From positions 10,304 through 74,303 of the forward strand of contig JBBSVU010000006.1 in the NCBI GenBank assembly GCA_038046645.1: a DNA stretch of 64,000 nucleotides, read 5' to 3'. Of the stretch, positions 39,502 through 49,199 are shown one piece after another. The translations under genes were made by a program, and so were the position numbers. Positions within the stretch are counted from its first letter, which is position 1; each line of letters starts with the position of its first letter. The DNA comes from an archaeon. Lineage in GTDB: Archaea; Iainarchaeota; Iainarchaeia; Iainarchaeales; 0-14-0-20-34-12. A model generated the notes under the pieces. The model was given only the letters and a program-made list of their open reading frames with translations. It was not told the DNA's origin and ran no database searches.

Positions 39502-39858
39502 ATGGGTGAGTATTTTTTCAGGTTTTTGTCAGAGCTGCTTTCATTTAATTTTACTTGGATTATTGATGCTGCTTTGCTTAACCTGCAATGGGTTTTTGTT
39601 TTCGCTTTGTTTGCTTTTTTCCTTATTGGGGAAAAGAATTTGCTGAAAAATACTTTTTTTGTTTTCTTTTACTTGTTTGCGTTCACTTCCATAATCCTTT
39701 TTATTGGCTGGAGCTTTGGTGCATTGTACCTCTTCTGCAATTTTATACTCCAGTGCTTTATAAGAATTTTCATTCCGAACAGCAAGTATTTTTACCAAAT
39801 TCTAGCTTCCAGCATTTACTGTTTGATTGGATTTTTAAGCCTGGGCGGTTTTTTATGA
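39502..39858 (+). CDS. Membrane protein, paralog of 25374-25742
   Basis: FNFTWIIDAALLNLQWVFVF motif; hydrophobic; start uncertain. Confidence 0.78.
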   Translation: MGEYFFRFLSELLSFNFTWIIDAALLNLQWVFVFALFAFFLIGEKNLLKNTFFVFFYLFAFTSIILFIGWSFGALYLFCNFILQCFIRIFIPNSKYFYQILASSIYCLIGFLSLGGFL

Positions 39859-40022
39859 TAAAACAATTCCTAAAAGCAGTGAACATTTCAATTTCCCTGC
39901 TCATATTATTTTTCATATTGGGCCTTTTTGGGTTTCAATTAGTCTCTCCCCAAACATTTTCCTTGTCAGGCCTGGCAGTTTTTATTACCGTGGCTTACTG
40001 TGAGGTTTTGTTTGGGATTTGA
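39855..40022 (+). CDS. Small membrane protein, paralog of 25733-25906
   Basis: ATGA overlap with upstream stop; ends ITVAYCEVLFGI. Confidence 0.7.
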   Translation: MIKQFLKAVNISISLLILFFILGLFGFQLVSPQTFSLSGLAVFITVAYCEVLFGI

Positions 40023-40112
40023 TTAAAAACAAAATTTATAGTAATTAAAATTTTAGTATGAGCTTGCTTTTGTTATCAGTTATTCCCATTTATAAAGGAT
40101 TTCTACAGAGCT

Positions 40113-40184
40113 CCTTCAAACTATTAAACTATTTTTTTATTAATACTTATTCGATACTCTATCACACCTTTAGGTGTGGGTTCC
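40113..40184 (-). repeat. Second partial copy of the element at 533-604
   Basis: 69/72 identity to 533-604 in reverse complement. Confidence 0.9.
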
Positions 40185-40219
40185 CATACGCTTTGACTAG
40201 CTATAACTGTCTTTTCAAA

Positions 40220-40759
40220 CTACCAACTTATGACTATTACTGCAGGGCCTTCAAATACTTCTGTTCCAATAGTAATTCTTATGCTGCCTGTCGTATCTTC
40301 AGGATTACTGCTTTGAGTTAACATTACTTCAATGGGCTTTGTTATCCAAGAAATGTTTCCTGTTGGGTTTGCTGTGAATTCCAAGGTTCCTTCTAATTGA
40401 TTGTATAGGCCAGTTTTAGCTGTTTTCCAATGAACTTTCTTTCCATCCTTTACTGAAGACAGATTTCCATTACCTTTGAGCCATACATTGTAATATATAT
40501 CTGTCATTGTAACAAATTTTCCACCGCCACTGATATCGATTGTTTTTCCTCCACTAGTAAGGTCTGTGGCAGAAAAACTAAACGTGCGAATGGCTGTCCA
40601 ATCAGATTTGTTGTTCAATATAGCTGTCGTGAGCAGGGTAGTAGTGTTGTTCAAGTTTATTGTTGTTATTGTCAAAACAACTAAGAGTGCAAGCGTTAGC
40701 ACAATTACTGCGGCAAGATGTACCTTTCTTTCATCCCAAAACATAACTTTTTCTTCCAT
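40220..40759 (-). CDS. Membrane-anchored hypothetical protein
   Basis: N-terminal TM helix, Thr-rich linker, beta-rich domain. Confidence 0.75.
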   Translation of the reverse strand: MEEKVMFWDERKVHLAAVIVLTLALLVVLTITTINLNNTTTLLTTAILNNKSDWTAIRTFSFSATDLTSGGKTIDISGGGKFVTMTDIYYNVWLKGNGNLSSVKDGKKVHWKTAKTGLYNQLEGTLEFTANPTGNISWITKPIEVMLTQSSNPEDTTGSIRITIGTEVFEGPAVIVISW

Positions 40760-40870
40760 ATGTTAATTATTAAAGTTTTCAAGTATTTAAAACCAATGCT
40801 TTAGTTCGTTGATAACTTTAAACCAAAACCTTCTTCTTTTAGGATTTCTAATTCTGCTTCTCATTTTGAA

Positions 40871-41028
40871 TGCAGCCGACGGGATTCGAACCCGTGTCAA
40901 GACCTATCCTCATTTTTTAAATATCCAAAATTCTTTTCTTTGGATAATACCTAGACTTTCTTTTCTTTCTAAGAAAAGAAAGGCTTGGTTTTGGAAGGGT
41001 CTGATGCTAACCACTACACAACGGCTGC
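40871..41028 (-). tRNA. tRNA-Gly(TCC) with 86-nt intron at 37/38 (40906-40991)
   Basis: GCAGCCG/CGGCTGC acceptor, AGACC/GGTCT stem, BHB helix CTTC:GAGG. Confidence 0.9.
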
Positions 41029-41187
41029 TTTTAGAGCATATACAACATTCCTTAATGCTATTTTTATTACTTTCCATTCTTTCGAGTACTGAGTATTATC
41101 CACGCAGGGATAAACCAATGAACAATATATTTTTATTTACTCAATACCTGTTCCATATAGTTATTGGGAGTAATAAGGGGATTATAG

Positions 41188-41817
41188 ATGAAAGGCGCTT
41201 TTATAGTATTTGAAGGATTAGATGGCTCGGGAAAAGGCACAATGCTTGCTAGGGCTGCGGATTATTTATTTAATGAATATAAGTCATTTGACCGCTTGAT
41301 GATAACAAGGGAACCAACCTATTCTGGCACAGGAAAACAGATAAGGAAAATGCTGCAGCAAAGCGATTCGCCAATGAGCGATGCAAAGAGATTATTGCAA
41401 TTATATTTAGATGATAGAAAAGACCATTTGGAATTTTTAAGGCCTTTAATAAACAAAAATTGTGTCATACTTTGCGACCGTTATAAATATTCAACTTTAG
41501 CATACCAGCAAACACAGGGAATTCCATTAGATAGCATTGTAAAATTACATGAAAAAATGTTGGTTCCTGACATTGTTTTCTTTTTGGATGTTTCTCCAGC
41601 AGTTGCATTGCAGAGGATTAAAGAAAGCAGGTCTTCAACAGAAAAATTCGAAAAGGAATTCTTCTTTGAGGAATTAAGAAGTAATTATTTAAAACTTCCA
41701 AGCCTTTTACCAAATGAAAACATAAAAATAATTGATGCAAACAGGTCAAAGGATGAAGTTTTTGAGCAGATAAAGTCTCATTTGGATATTTTCTTTAAAA
41801 GCAAAATGTCTGAGTAG
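41188..41817 (+). CDS. tmk: Thymidylate kinase
   Basis: FIVFEGLDGSGKGT, TREP, CDRY..STLAYQ. Confidence 0.96.
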   Translation: MKGAFIVFEGLDGSGKGTMLARAADYLFNEYKSFDRLMITREPTYSGTGKQIRKMLQQSDSPMSDAKRLLQLYLDDRKDHLEFLRPLINKNCVILCDRYKYSTLAYQQTQGIPLDSIVKLHEKMLVPDIVFFLDVSPAVALQRIKESRSSTEKFEKEFFFEELRSNYLKLPSLLPNENIKIIDANRSKDEVFEQIKSHLDIFFKSKMSE

Positions 41818-41860
41818 CAGCATGTTTCCTAAAAACAAATAAAGGACAAAAGGTGATTTT

Positions 41861-42907
41861 GTGAATATTTCAGAAGCAATTAATTTCTCTATTTTTTCCT
41901 GGATAAGGAAGAAGGAATTTTTTAGCAAAGCATTGCCTTTTTGGGTTTCATTCATTGTTTTTTATGCACTTCTTATTGCATTTGTCCTATACTTCTTTGC
42001 GGATTTATTCTCCGCCTTGGCATCCAACACCTTTGAACAGTACCTTCTTACTTTATTTAAGCCAGCCTATCTTTCAGAATTCCTAGGCAAGATGTTCCTG
42101 GCAATATTCCTTATCCTGATTATAGTTGTTTTATTCTGCGTTGCCATTAATTATTTTTATTTCAAGCTTTTGCAATATGCATTAACCCAAAAAGGGGTAA
42201 AATCGCAGAATCTAACCATAAATCTTTTCATAAGGCTTTTTATCCTTCAAATCCTTGCCTTTTTTGCCTTATTATTTTACCCTCAAGACAAAAAGCTTTT
42301 AGCTATACAATGGCTTAGCCTTATTCTTTTCGTTTTTGCCATACTTTTTAGTTCATTAACCCCCGTTGTTGCAATATTTGGCCTTTGCATATTGCCGTAT
42401 GCCCTTCTTGTAATCCATAATGCCATACGGTATTCACAAACAGTAACCTGCATGCTTGTTGGTAATTCATCCTATTCAGAATCATTGAAAAATTCTTGGA
42501 ATCTTACTGAGAATAGGTTCTGGGAAATACTTTTTACCCAATTTGTTGTCCTTATCGTGATGGCTTTGCTTTTGGCAGGGCTAAGCTTTGTGTTATCTGC
42601 AATTGTGAACATTATCTTAGTATTAGCGGTTCAAAATGAGGTTATCCGCTATATTATTTCTGATTCCTTCTCCAATATTGTATTTGCACCAGTAGGCTAT
42701 TTTGTCCAGGCTTTTCTTTTAGCTTTCATATATTCAAACCTTATTTCGGGAAAAGGCAACCTTTGCTGTGCTGGGGAAAAATCTGAAAAAGAACCCAGTG
42801 AAGAAATCGCTAAAACAGAGGAACATAAAGAAAAGAAAGCTGTTCCTAAGGCTGAAGCAAAAAAGGCTAATTTAACAAAAAATTCAAAACTCAAAACTAA
42901 AAAATAG
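41861..42907 (+). CDS. Polytopic membrane protein
   Basis: About 7 hydrophobic segments, SLKNSWNLTENRFW motif, charged tail; GGTGA SD before GTG. Confidence 0.8.
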   Translation: MNISEAINFSIFSWIRKKEFFSKALPFWVSFIVFYALLIAFVLYFFADLFSALASNTFEQYLLTLFKPAYLSEFLGKMFLAIFLILIIVVLFCVAINYFYFKLLQYALTQKGVKSQNLTINLFIRLFILQILAFFALLFYPQDKKLLAIQWLSLILFVFAILFSSLTPVVAIFGLCILPYALLVIHNAIRYSQTVTCMLVGNSSYSESLKNSWNLTENRFWEILFTQFVVLIVMALLLAGLSFVLSAIVNIILVLAVQNEVIRYIISDSFSNIVFAPVGYFVQAFLLAFIYSNLISGKGNLCCAGEKSEKEPSEEIAKTEEHKEKKAVPKAEAKKANLTKNSKLKTKK

Positions 42908-42909
42908 AG

Positions 42910-42982
42910 TGCGGCCACCGGGAATCGAACCCGGCTCCCAACCTTGGCAAGGTTGAATCATCAGCCAATAGACCATGGCCGC
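42910..42982 (-). tRNA. tRNA-Gly(GCC)
   Basis: Cloverleaf; CAACC-TT-GCC-AA-GGTTG. Confidence 0.95.
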
Positions 42983-43018
42983 ATTTTTTACTAACTAAAT
43001 AAATTCCTTGAAATAGTA

Positions 43019-43195
43019 TTAAAAACTAATTCTTTTGCTCTTCAGTTCCTTCTTTAGGTTGTGTTTTATCACTGGATCAGTAGTTGTTTCAAGCAATTGC
43101 CTTACATCGTCAGGGCTAACCTCAACAGTCCTGAATACCAATTCTCCGTTTTGCCCTGTTACTAACATATCGATTTTGACCTTCTTGTTTGCCAT
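43019..43195 (-). CDS. Small hypothetical protein (58 aa)
   Basis: Hand-translated MANKKVKIDMLVTGQNGELVFRTVEV... Confidence 0.6.
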   Translation of the reverse strand: MANKKVKIDMLVTGQNGELVFRTVEVSPDDVRQLLETTTDPVIKHNLKKELKSKRISF

Positions 43196-43321
43196 ACATT
43201 AAAAGTATGCCTTTGTTTAATAAAATGCTTTTGAATGGCTTGAACTGATATTCAGTTGTGCCTTATTGCAAAAAATTATCTAGGATTACCCTTTTTATTA
43301 ACAATTAGACATTTACTTATT

Positions 43322-44299
43322 ATGCGTTATTTTACAATAGTTTTGATTTTGATTGTATTTACCCTGCTAGCAGCAACAGCAAGCGCTAAATATTCTTCAA
43401 AAGACTGTTTTTTCAAAGAACATAAATTAAAAATAATCAAACCGCTTTCCTTGGCAAAGGACAACCTTTTAGTTAATGCTATCAATAAAAAAATTACCCC
43501 AATTAATATTTCATTATGCAATTTATCCAATTTTATCGAAAGAAAAACACCGCCAGAAGTTATTGCAACATACTCAGCTGTTTTGCTAAAAGGAAAGCCA
43601 ACAATTAAGGTAGATATTGAGTATTCAAAAAAAATTTCCAAAAAAGAAAATTCACAGAATAAAATCTATCGCCTTTATATTGATCCAGTAACTGCCAATA
43701 TTACTCTAATAAAATACCAGTCAAGGTTAGTTAGAAAGGCGTATTCAAGGTATGCTGCAAATTATTTCCTTTCTGACCGCGATTTGAACCTTTTAAAATA
43801 TTTAATCATGCCAAAAACCGCTATTTTTGCGAAATATTTTAACGAATCTAAATCTACAGATGAAGCATCACCAGAGCAAGCAATGCCACAAGATGATTAT
43901 TTTGAATTCCCGCAAGATGCTAACATATTACAGGGAGATGGGATACACCCAAGTGCCTCAGGGACAAAGGTAATCGCAAACAATAATGTTGCAATTCAAT
44001 TCAACAAAATAGCCATAATAGGCGATTCACAGATATCCTTGCTTTTTGACATTTATATCGGTGAGGAAAAACTGAATATTATGCCATTGATTATTTCAGG
44101 CAGCATCTTTTCATTTGAAGGCAAATTCTATGGCTTGAAGGTGAATGTGGATAAAAGCTATCAGGTGCAAGGCATTCCACTTAAGCAAATTGTCAAATTA
44201 ATTAAAAATTCAAACTATATTTCCATTGAAATTTCCTCGCTTATTTCTGAGAAGGTTACATCCTGTGCAATTTTACAACAAATGTTTAGAAAAAAATGA
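43322..44299 (+). CDS. Secreted hypothetical protein (possibly N-half of a frameshifted gene)
   Basis: Signal peptide MRYFTIVLILIVFTLLAATASA. Confidence 0.7.
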   Translation: MRYFTIVLILIVFTLLAATASAKYSSKDCFFKEHKLKIIKPLSLAKDNLLVNAINKKITPINISLCNLSNFIERKTPPEVIATYSAVLLKGKPTIKVDIEYSKKISKKENSQNKIYRLYIDPVTANITLIKYQSRLVRKAYSRYAANYFLSDRDLNLLKYLIMPKTAIFAKYFNESKSTDEASPEQAMPQDDYFEFPQDANILQGDGIHPSASGTKVIANNNVAIQFNKIAIIGDSQISLLFDIYIGEEKLNIMPLIISGSIFSFEGKFYGLKVNVDKSYQVQGIPLKQIVKLIKNSNYISIEISSLISEKVTSCAILQQMFRKK

Positions 44300-45509
44300 T
44301 GCAATGTCCTGCAGCTTAATATGCCCAAATATGCCTTTAAATAACCAGGAAAAAATAACAACAGAAAACATTAATTTCTTTTTTTCACAAACATTTGATG
44401 CAGCATTGAAAGAATCAGTTCAAGCGGCCTTTGCAGAGTGTTATCCTAAGGTAAAGAATTATCTCCAAATTATGCCATATTCAAAATTAAATGTTAAAGC
44501 ATATTCCAAGCAAGATTGCCCTGACTGCACTTATTATGTCACAAATATCGGTGGAATTGATTTAACCTTGTATGAACAACAAGAATGCGGTGAAACATTT
44601 GCCCATGAGCTTACCCATTATTTTAATTATGCCAGCTCTCTTTCCCCTAATATTCTTGAAGAAGGCAGAGCAGTATTTATTTCAAAAGACATTGTTTCTG
44701 AAAATCAGGGGATGCAATCAAGCAAGGGCATAGATTGCTTGGCTGATTCATGGAAATATTCAGGGGAAAAGCCATTATCTGAAAAGATTGGGGAAGAGAC
44801 CGTTTGTGTTAATAATGCTACATCCAATTGCGGCAAAAAAACACTTTGGCAGATCGTAAATACCCCAGTATCTTTACTGACAAAAACATTTTCTAATGGT
44901 TACACCTTGAAGGTACAGGATTATTCATCCAATAAATTATCTTTTGACCTTTTTGATGAAGCAAATCAATTTTTGGAAAATGTAACATTAAAGCCATTGG
45001 AGTTTTTTGAAGGAAATAATTTCTTAGTCCATTTCGGCAAAATTATTACCCCATCTCCAATAAATCAGCAAATAGTACTGTTATTGATGCTTGATGATTA
45101 TAATTTACAGTGCTTTGTTGAAAATAAGCAGCAGTGCAATGTAAAAGCATCAAGCTGGCCGGAGAATAAATTTGCAAAGCTTGAAGAAGCGACATATTCA
45201 ATCAATTCTTTGAATACTGGATATTGTTTCTTCAAAGCCCTTAATTCTTTAAGTGCGGGCATTGTTAAAGCGTTATCTGAAAAAATGGCGTCTTCAAGAA
45301 ATGACTTCAAGGTATTCTGCACTGAAGATTTTCTTAAAACAAAGATTCAGCCATCAGATTTAAACATATTAAAGCAAAAATACGGCCTTGAAACTTATAT
45401 TGACCAATGCAAATTTTCAGCAATCCCGGCAGCACTTTTAGGCTGCCCAATGAACCTTGGATGTTACAGCTATTATGACCCTGTACAAGGTTGGGTTAAT
45501 ATTGAATAA
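44226..45509 (+). CDS. Cys-rich HEXXH zinc metallopeptidase-like protein (possibly C-half of a frameshifted gene)
   Basis: FAHELTHYF...LEEGRA gluzincin-like motif; no signal peptide; overlaps upstream ORF. Confidence 0.7.
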   Translation: MKFPRLFLRRLHPVQFYNKCLEKNDAMSCSLICPNMPLNNQEKITTENINFFFSQTFDAALKESVQAAFAECYPKVKNYLQIMPYSKLNVKAYSKQDCPDCTYYVTNIGGIDLTLYEQQECGETFAHELTHYFNYASSLSPNILEEGRAVFISKDIVSENQGMQSSKGIDCLADSWKYSGEKPLSEKIGEETVCVNNATSNCGKKTLWQIVNTPVSLLTKTFSNGYTLKVQDYSSNKLSFDLFDEANQFLENVTLKPLEFFEGNNFLVHFGKIITPSPINQQIVLLLMLDDYNLQCFVENKQQCNVKASSWPENKFAKLEEATYSINSLNTGYCFFKALNSLSAGIVKALSEKMASSRNDFKVFCTEDFLKTKIQPSDLNILKQKYGLETYIDQCKFSAIPAALLGCPMNLGCYSYYDPVQGWVNIE

Positions 45510-45528
45510 TTCAGGGGAAATCTACTCT
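45510..45528 (+). promoter_or_regulatory. Conserved 19-bp box upstream of the LAGLIDADG gene
   Basis: 27 bp identical to the radA copy, followed by AATTTAAA. Confidence 0.75.
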
Positions 45529-45566
45529 TCCAAAGCTAATTTAAATGATAAAAAGCAACAATAACT

Positions 45567-46355
45567 ATGAATCTTTCTTTGATGTCTATTGAATATTTAA
45601 CTAATTCATTGTTAGATCCAAAAGTAATCACAAGAGAAGTAAAAGTCACTAAAAGAGATGCTTACTTTGATTTTATTGTTTATAGGAATGCAAGACGTTC
45701 GAGAATTCCGTTTGAACTTAATTCATCCATTGCATATCTTTGTGGAGTTATTTTAGGGGACGGTAGCATATCACTAATTCATAGGAAAAAAGTAAATACC
45801 GTTCTACCTTATACCTTTCTAAAAATATTCAACCAATCATTACCATTCTTACTTCAAATTAATCGCCTTTTTAAAGAAAATTTTGGGACTGAAGGCAAAC
45901 TATATAAAAAAAATTATTGTAACTGTTATGTTCTTCAAGTTTCTAATAAAATAGTTTGGTTATATTTTGTTAAACTACTTGGTTTGCCTATTGGTAAAAA
46001 AAGCAACATTAGTATTCCCCGATCTTTATTAAATAAGAATATTTTCAAATATTTTGTTGCAGGTCTAATGGATACTGATGGTTATTTTTCAGAAAACTCC
46101 TTTGGAATAATGCTTTCTGGATCTAATTTGATTTTTTTGGAGTCAATAAAAAAATATTGCAAGTGCTTTTATGGCATTAATTTTAGAAAAACTAATATAA
46201 ATACTTTAGAAGTTAATGGTAAATTATTTCAAAGAGCGCAGATAACTACTTCTGCGAATTCCATGAATACGTTTAAAGGAATAATTCCCCTATGTCATGA
46301 AAAATGGGATGGGCCCGGTGAGGATCGAACTCACGAGTTCCACCGTACCCAGTGA
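45567..46355 (+). CDS. Free-standing double-motif LAGLIDADG endonuclease-like protein
   Basis: AYLCGVILGDGS and YFVAGLMDTDGY motifs; AT-rich; 3' end overlaps tRNA-Val antisense. Confidence 0.88.
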   Translation: MNLSLMSIEYLTNSLLDPKVITREVKVTKRDAYFDFIVYRNARRSRIPFELNSSIAYLCGVILGDGSISLIHRKKVNTVLPYTFLKIFNQSLPFLLQINRLFKENFGTEGKLYKKNYCNCYVLQVSNKIVWLYFVKLLGLPIGKKSNISIPRSLLNKNIFKYFVAGLMDTDGYFSENSFGIMLSGSNLIFLESIKKYCKCFYGINFRKTNINTLEVNGKLFQRAQITTSANSMNTFKGIIPLCHEKWDGPGEDRTHEFHRTQ

Positions 46356-46426
46356 TTAAACTTGTAAGGGTTACGCACCCCCCATTTCTGGAAGATTTGG
46401 CGTCCTAACCACTAGACCACGAGCCC
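46310..46426 (-). tRNA. tRNA-Val(TAC) with two introns (29/30: 46371-46397; 37/38: 46346-46362)
   Basis: Removing both introns gives a 73-nt cloverleaf with CCACC/GGTGG stem; both junctions form BHB motifs. Confidence 0.88.
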
Positions 46427-46545
46427 ATATCATTTTCTTCTTTATTCCAAAGAAGAATGATAGTCCATTATATTATACGAATAGCAATATTTAAATATAA
46501 AAGTCTTCTATTACTAATAATATTTATATGATTGGTGGTGTAAAA

Positions 46546-46947
46546 ATGCAAGGCTTAATGAATGTAAGGGTTGCTGGTCAGCAAATTCAGCTGATTAAGC
46601 TAATGGGCGCGTTCGTGATATTTGCTGCAATACTGATGTTTTTCATGGCTGCAGCCGAGATGTTTGAATATTGGGGCAATATCAAAACAATTGACAGCTG
46701 TTTAGGCATTGCAAAAGGGGATGTAGACTTCTTCAAGGAATGCAAAACAATGGCTTTTGAAGCCTTTGGCGTTTTTGTAAAGCCAGACCAGTCTGCCTTA
46801 AATGGCAAGCAGCTTTATATTGTTTTGATTAAACCTGTAGCATCCTTATTCATCTGGATTGCAATTTTAATCCTGGGATTCATAATATATGGTTTGCCAT
46901 CAAAGGTAATGGTTCCAGTAAAAAAAGACTTTAAAGTAAAAAAATAG
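46546..46947 (+). CDS. Membrane protein
   Basis: Two TM helices around a Cys-containing loop; GGTGGTG SD. Confidence 0.75.
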   Translation: MQGLMNVRVAGQQIQLIKLMGAFVIFAAILMFFMAAAEMFEYWGNIKTIDSCLGIAKGDVDFFKECKTMAFEAFGVFVKPDQSALNGKQLYIVLIKPVASLFIWIAILILGFIIYGLPSKVMVPVKKDFKVKK

Positions 46948-47011
46948 AAAAATAAATTAAAGGGAAGTATTCCTTCCCTCTTTTTCAAATTTTAATTTTT
47001 AGTTGTCGCTT

Positions 47012-48259
47012 TTACTCTGCAGCAATAATTCTTGTTTTATTGCCTTCTTTTACATTGCCTTTCTTAATCCCGACAAGGAAATCCACATTGGATTCTTCGC
47101 AAGTATCCAATAATCTCTTTGTTATGATTCCATCGAAGACAACAGCCTTAATCCCCTTTTCTTTAGTAATGCTTTTTACCAAATCGCGGACATTTACTGT
47201 TTCTATTTCTTCATGTGCTGCATTTAGCAATTTTGCTGTCAGGCTTCCTTTTATTGAAGCCAGGATTGTTGGGAATTTGTCTGGCATTGGAGCTTCAACA
47301 GCAGCTGCTGTTTCAACAACCGGTTCGGCTGCTTGCTCTGTTAACCCTTCTGCTGGTCTTTCAAAGCTCTCAGGCCTTTCAATCCTTTCAGGTCTTGGTT
47401 CATATGATGGCCTGTATTCCGCTTGCTCATATCTTTCCCTTGGATTTTGGGCAGCAGCGAATTTCTTTCTTAAGGCCATTTCTATTTCCTTCCTTGTTAA
47501 TTCCTCTACTTCTTTGCCATCAGGTGCCCTAGCTATATAATCTATTTTTGCGGAACCCATCAATTTTCTGATTATTAAATCTCCGCCCCTGTCCCCATCT
47601 ATGAATGCTATCACTTGTTTCTTCTTTGCTAGTTCAGCAATGCTTGGTGGAATATTTCCGCCCTGCATCCCAACAACATTTTTGATGTTGTGCTTTAGCA
47701 TGTTCAAGACATCAGCCCTTCCTTCAACCAAAATTATTGAATCGCTTTCTTCAATTGAAGGGCCAGCAGGCAGCTTATCTTTGCCATAACTTGTTACTTG
47801 GCTTTTCTTTACTTCTTCCTTTACCCTATCTGCTATTTCAGTAGAGTCAGGCATTTCTTCATGCAATAATTTTTGCAATAAAGCAACAGCCCTTTGTGTA
47901 ATAAATTCTCTCTTCTTTGACCTCATATCCTGTATGCTCACTGCCTTGAATACTGATTTGTAAGGCCCTACCTTATCAACAGTTTCAATTGCTGCTGCAA
48001 GTATGCATGTTTCAACCATGTCCATTGAACTTGGTATGATTAAATCACCAAAAGTATTGCCTTCCTGCAATCTTTGGTTTATTTCAATCCTTCCAATCTT
48101 GCCAGAGTTTTGCAATTCCCTAAGGTCTAAATCCTCGCCAACAAGGCCTTCACTCTGACCAAATACTGCTCCAACAATATCGTGCTTTTCTACTATGCCC
48201 TCAATCCTGAAGTTTACCAAAACTTCATATTTGGCAGTATTAATATATGTTTTTGCCAT
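47012..48259 (-). CDS. dnaG: Archaeal DnaG primase-like/exosome-associated protein
   Basis: DIVGAVFGQSEGL, TOPRIM VEGRADV, DGDRGG, FDGIITKRL. Confidence 0.96.
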   Translation of the reverse strand: MAKTYINTAKYEVLVNFRIEGIVEKHDIVGAVFGQSEGLVGEDLDLRELQNSGKIGRIEINQRLQEGNTFGDLIIPSSMDMVETCILAAAIETVDKVGPYKSVFKAVSIQDMRSKKREFITQRAVALLQKLLHEEMPDSTEIADRVKEEVKKSQVTSYGKDKLPAGPSIEESDSIILVEGRADVLNMLKHNIKNVVGMQGGNIPPSIAELAKKKQVIAFIDGDRGGDLIIRKLMGSAKIDYIARAPDGKEVEELTRKEIEMALRKKFAAAQNPRERYEQAEYRPSYEPRPERIERPESFERPAEGLTEQAAEPVVETAAAVEAPMPDKFPTILASIKGSLTAKLLNAAHEEIETVNVRDLVKSITKEKGIKAVVFDGIITKRLLDTCEESNVDFLVGIKKGNVKEGNKTRIIAAE

Positions 48260-48328
48260 AAATTCACCTTTTTTGTATATTATTCAAACTTTACTTCAGA
48301 TAAAAAATTAATTTTACAAAAGTAAAAT

Positions 48329-48592
48329 TTATTCTAGAGAATTAGAGTTTAATTTTAAGGAATTTAACATATCCGCAGTACAATCAAGGCCAATGGCCTT
48401 GTTCTTGCTTGTTTTTCCTTTTAAAATCCTTACTTCACAATTACAAAGCTTCCGCAATTCCTTAACAAGCTCAAGATTTGCCTTGCCCTCTTCAGGCCTT
48501 GATTTCAGATGAATTTTAAATAAATCCTTATCAGAATCAAAGCAAATCCCAAAGCCTTTGCTGTTAGGAATCACTTTAGCGTTAATTATCAT
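48329..48592 (-). CDS. DUF167/YggU family protein
   Basis: KVIPNS, PEEGKANLEL, GKTSKNK. Confidence 0.88.
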   Translation of the reverse strand: MIINAKVIPNSKGFGICFDSDKDLFKIHLKSRPEEGKANLELVKELRKLCNCEVRILKGKTSKNKAIGLDCTADMLNSLKLNSNSLE

Positions 48593-48710
48593 AGATATTA
48601 AGAATGATCAATTAAACTCTAAATCTTCCAATAAACATTACAGTGCTAGACACTGATTTATATATGTTTATAATTACTCCCTATTACATTCAATTAAAAA
48701 AGGTATTCTA

Positions 48711-49103
48711 ATGGCCTATTACGACAAAGGAGCTAATGCAGAAAGGGAATTGCTTTATTTATTTGCAGAAAGAGGCTTTTCCGTGGTTAGATCTGCAGGA
48801 TCTGGCAAAATAGACCTTCCAACGCCAGATATAGTTGCAATGAGCCCCCGAAATCAGTATGCTATAGAATGCAAGGCACAAGCTGGTGCCTATTTGAATA
48901 TAAAGAATGAGCAGATGTTTGAGCTTATAAAATGGGCAAAGAATGCCTGCATTGACTTGTGTATTGCATGGAAGATTACAAGCAAGGGTTGGCGTTTCCT
49001 AAAGCCTGAACAATTCAAGCAGAACAAGAAAGGTTTTTTGATCTCAAAAGATGATGCTTTGGAAAACGGCCTTTCGCTGGAAGATTTTATCAGGCAGAAC
49101 TAA
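48711..49103 (+). CDS. hjc: Holliday junction resolvase
   Basis: YDKGANAEREL, VVRSAGSG, PDIVA, IECK. Confidence 0.95.
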   Translation: MAYYDKGANAERELLYLFAERGFSVVRSAGSGKIDLPTPDIVAMSPRNQYAIECKAQAGAYLNIKNEQMFELIKWAKNACIDLCIAWKITSKGWRFLKPEQFKQNKKGFLISKDDALENGLSLEDFIRQN

Positions 49104-49199
49104 CTTTGCAATTTCTCAGATGTGCTTAATCAGCCCTAATTTTTATGTGCTTGGTCTTCCCCCTTTACTTATAAAAATTGATTGATTCCCCTATTTTAT

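Noticed and set aside
40809..41213. 134-aa ORF
   Set aside because: It lies antisense over tRNA-Gly(TCC) and its intron, so it is a shadow ORF
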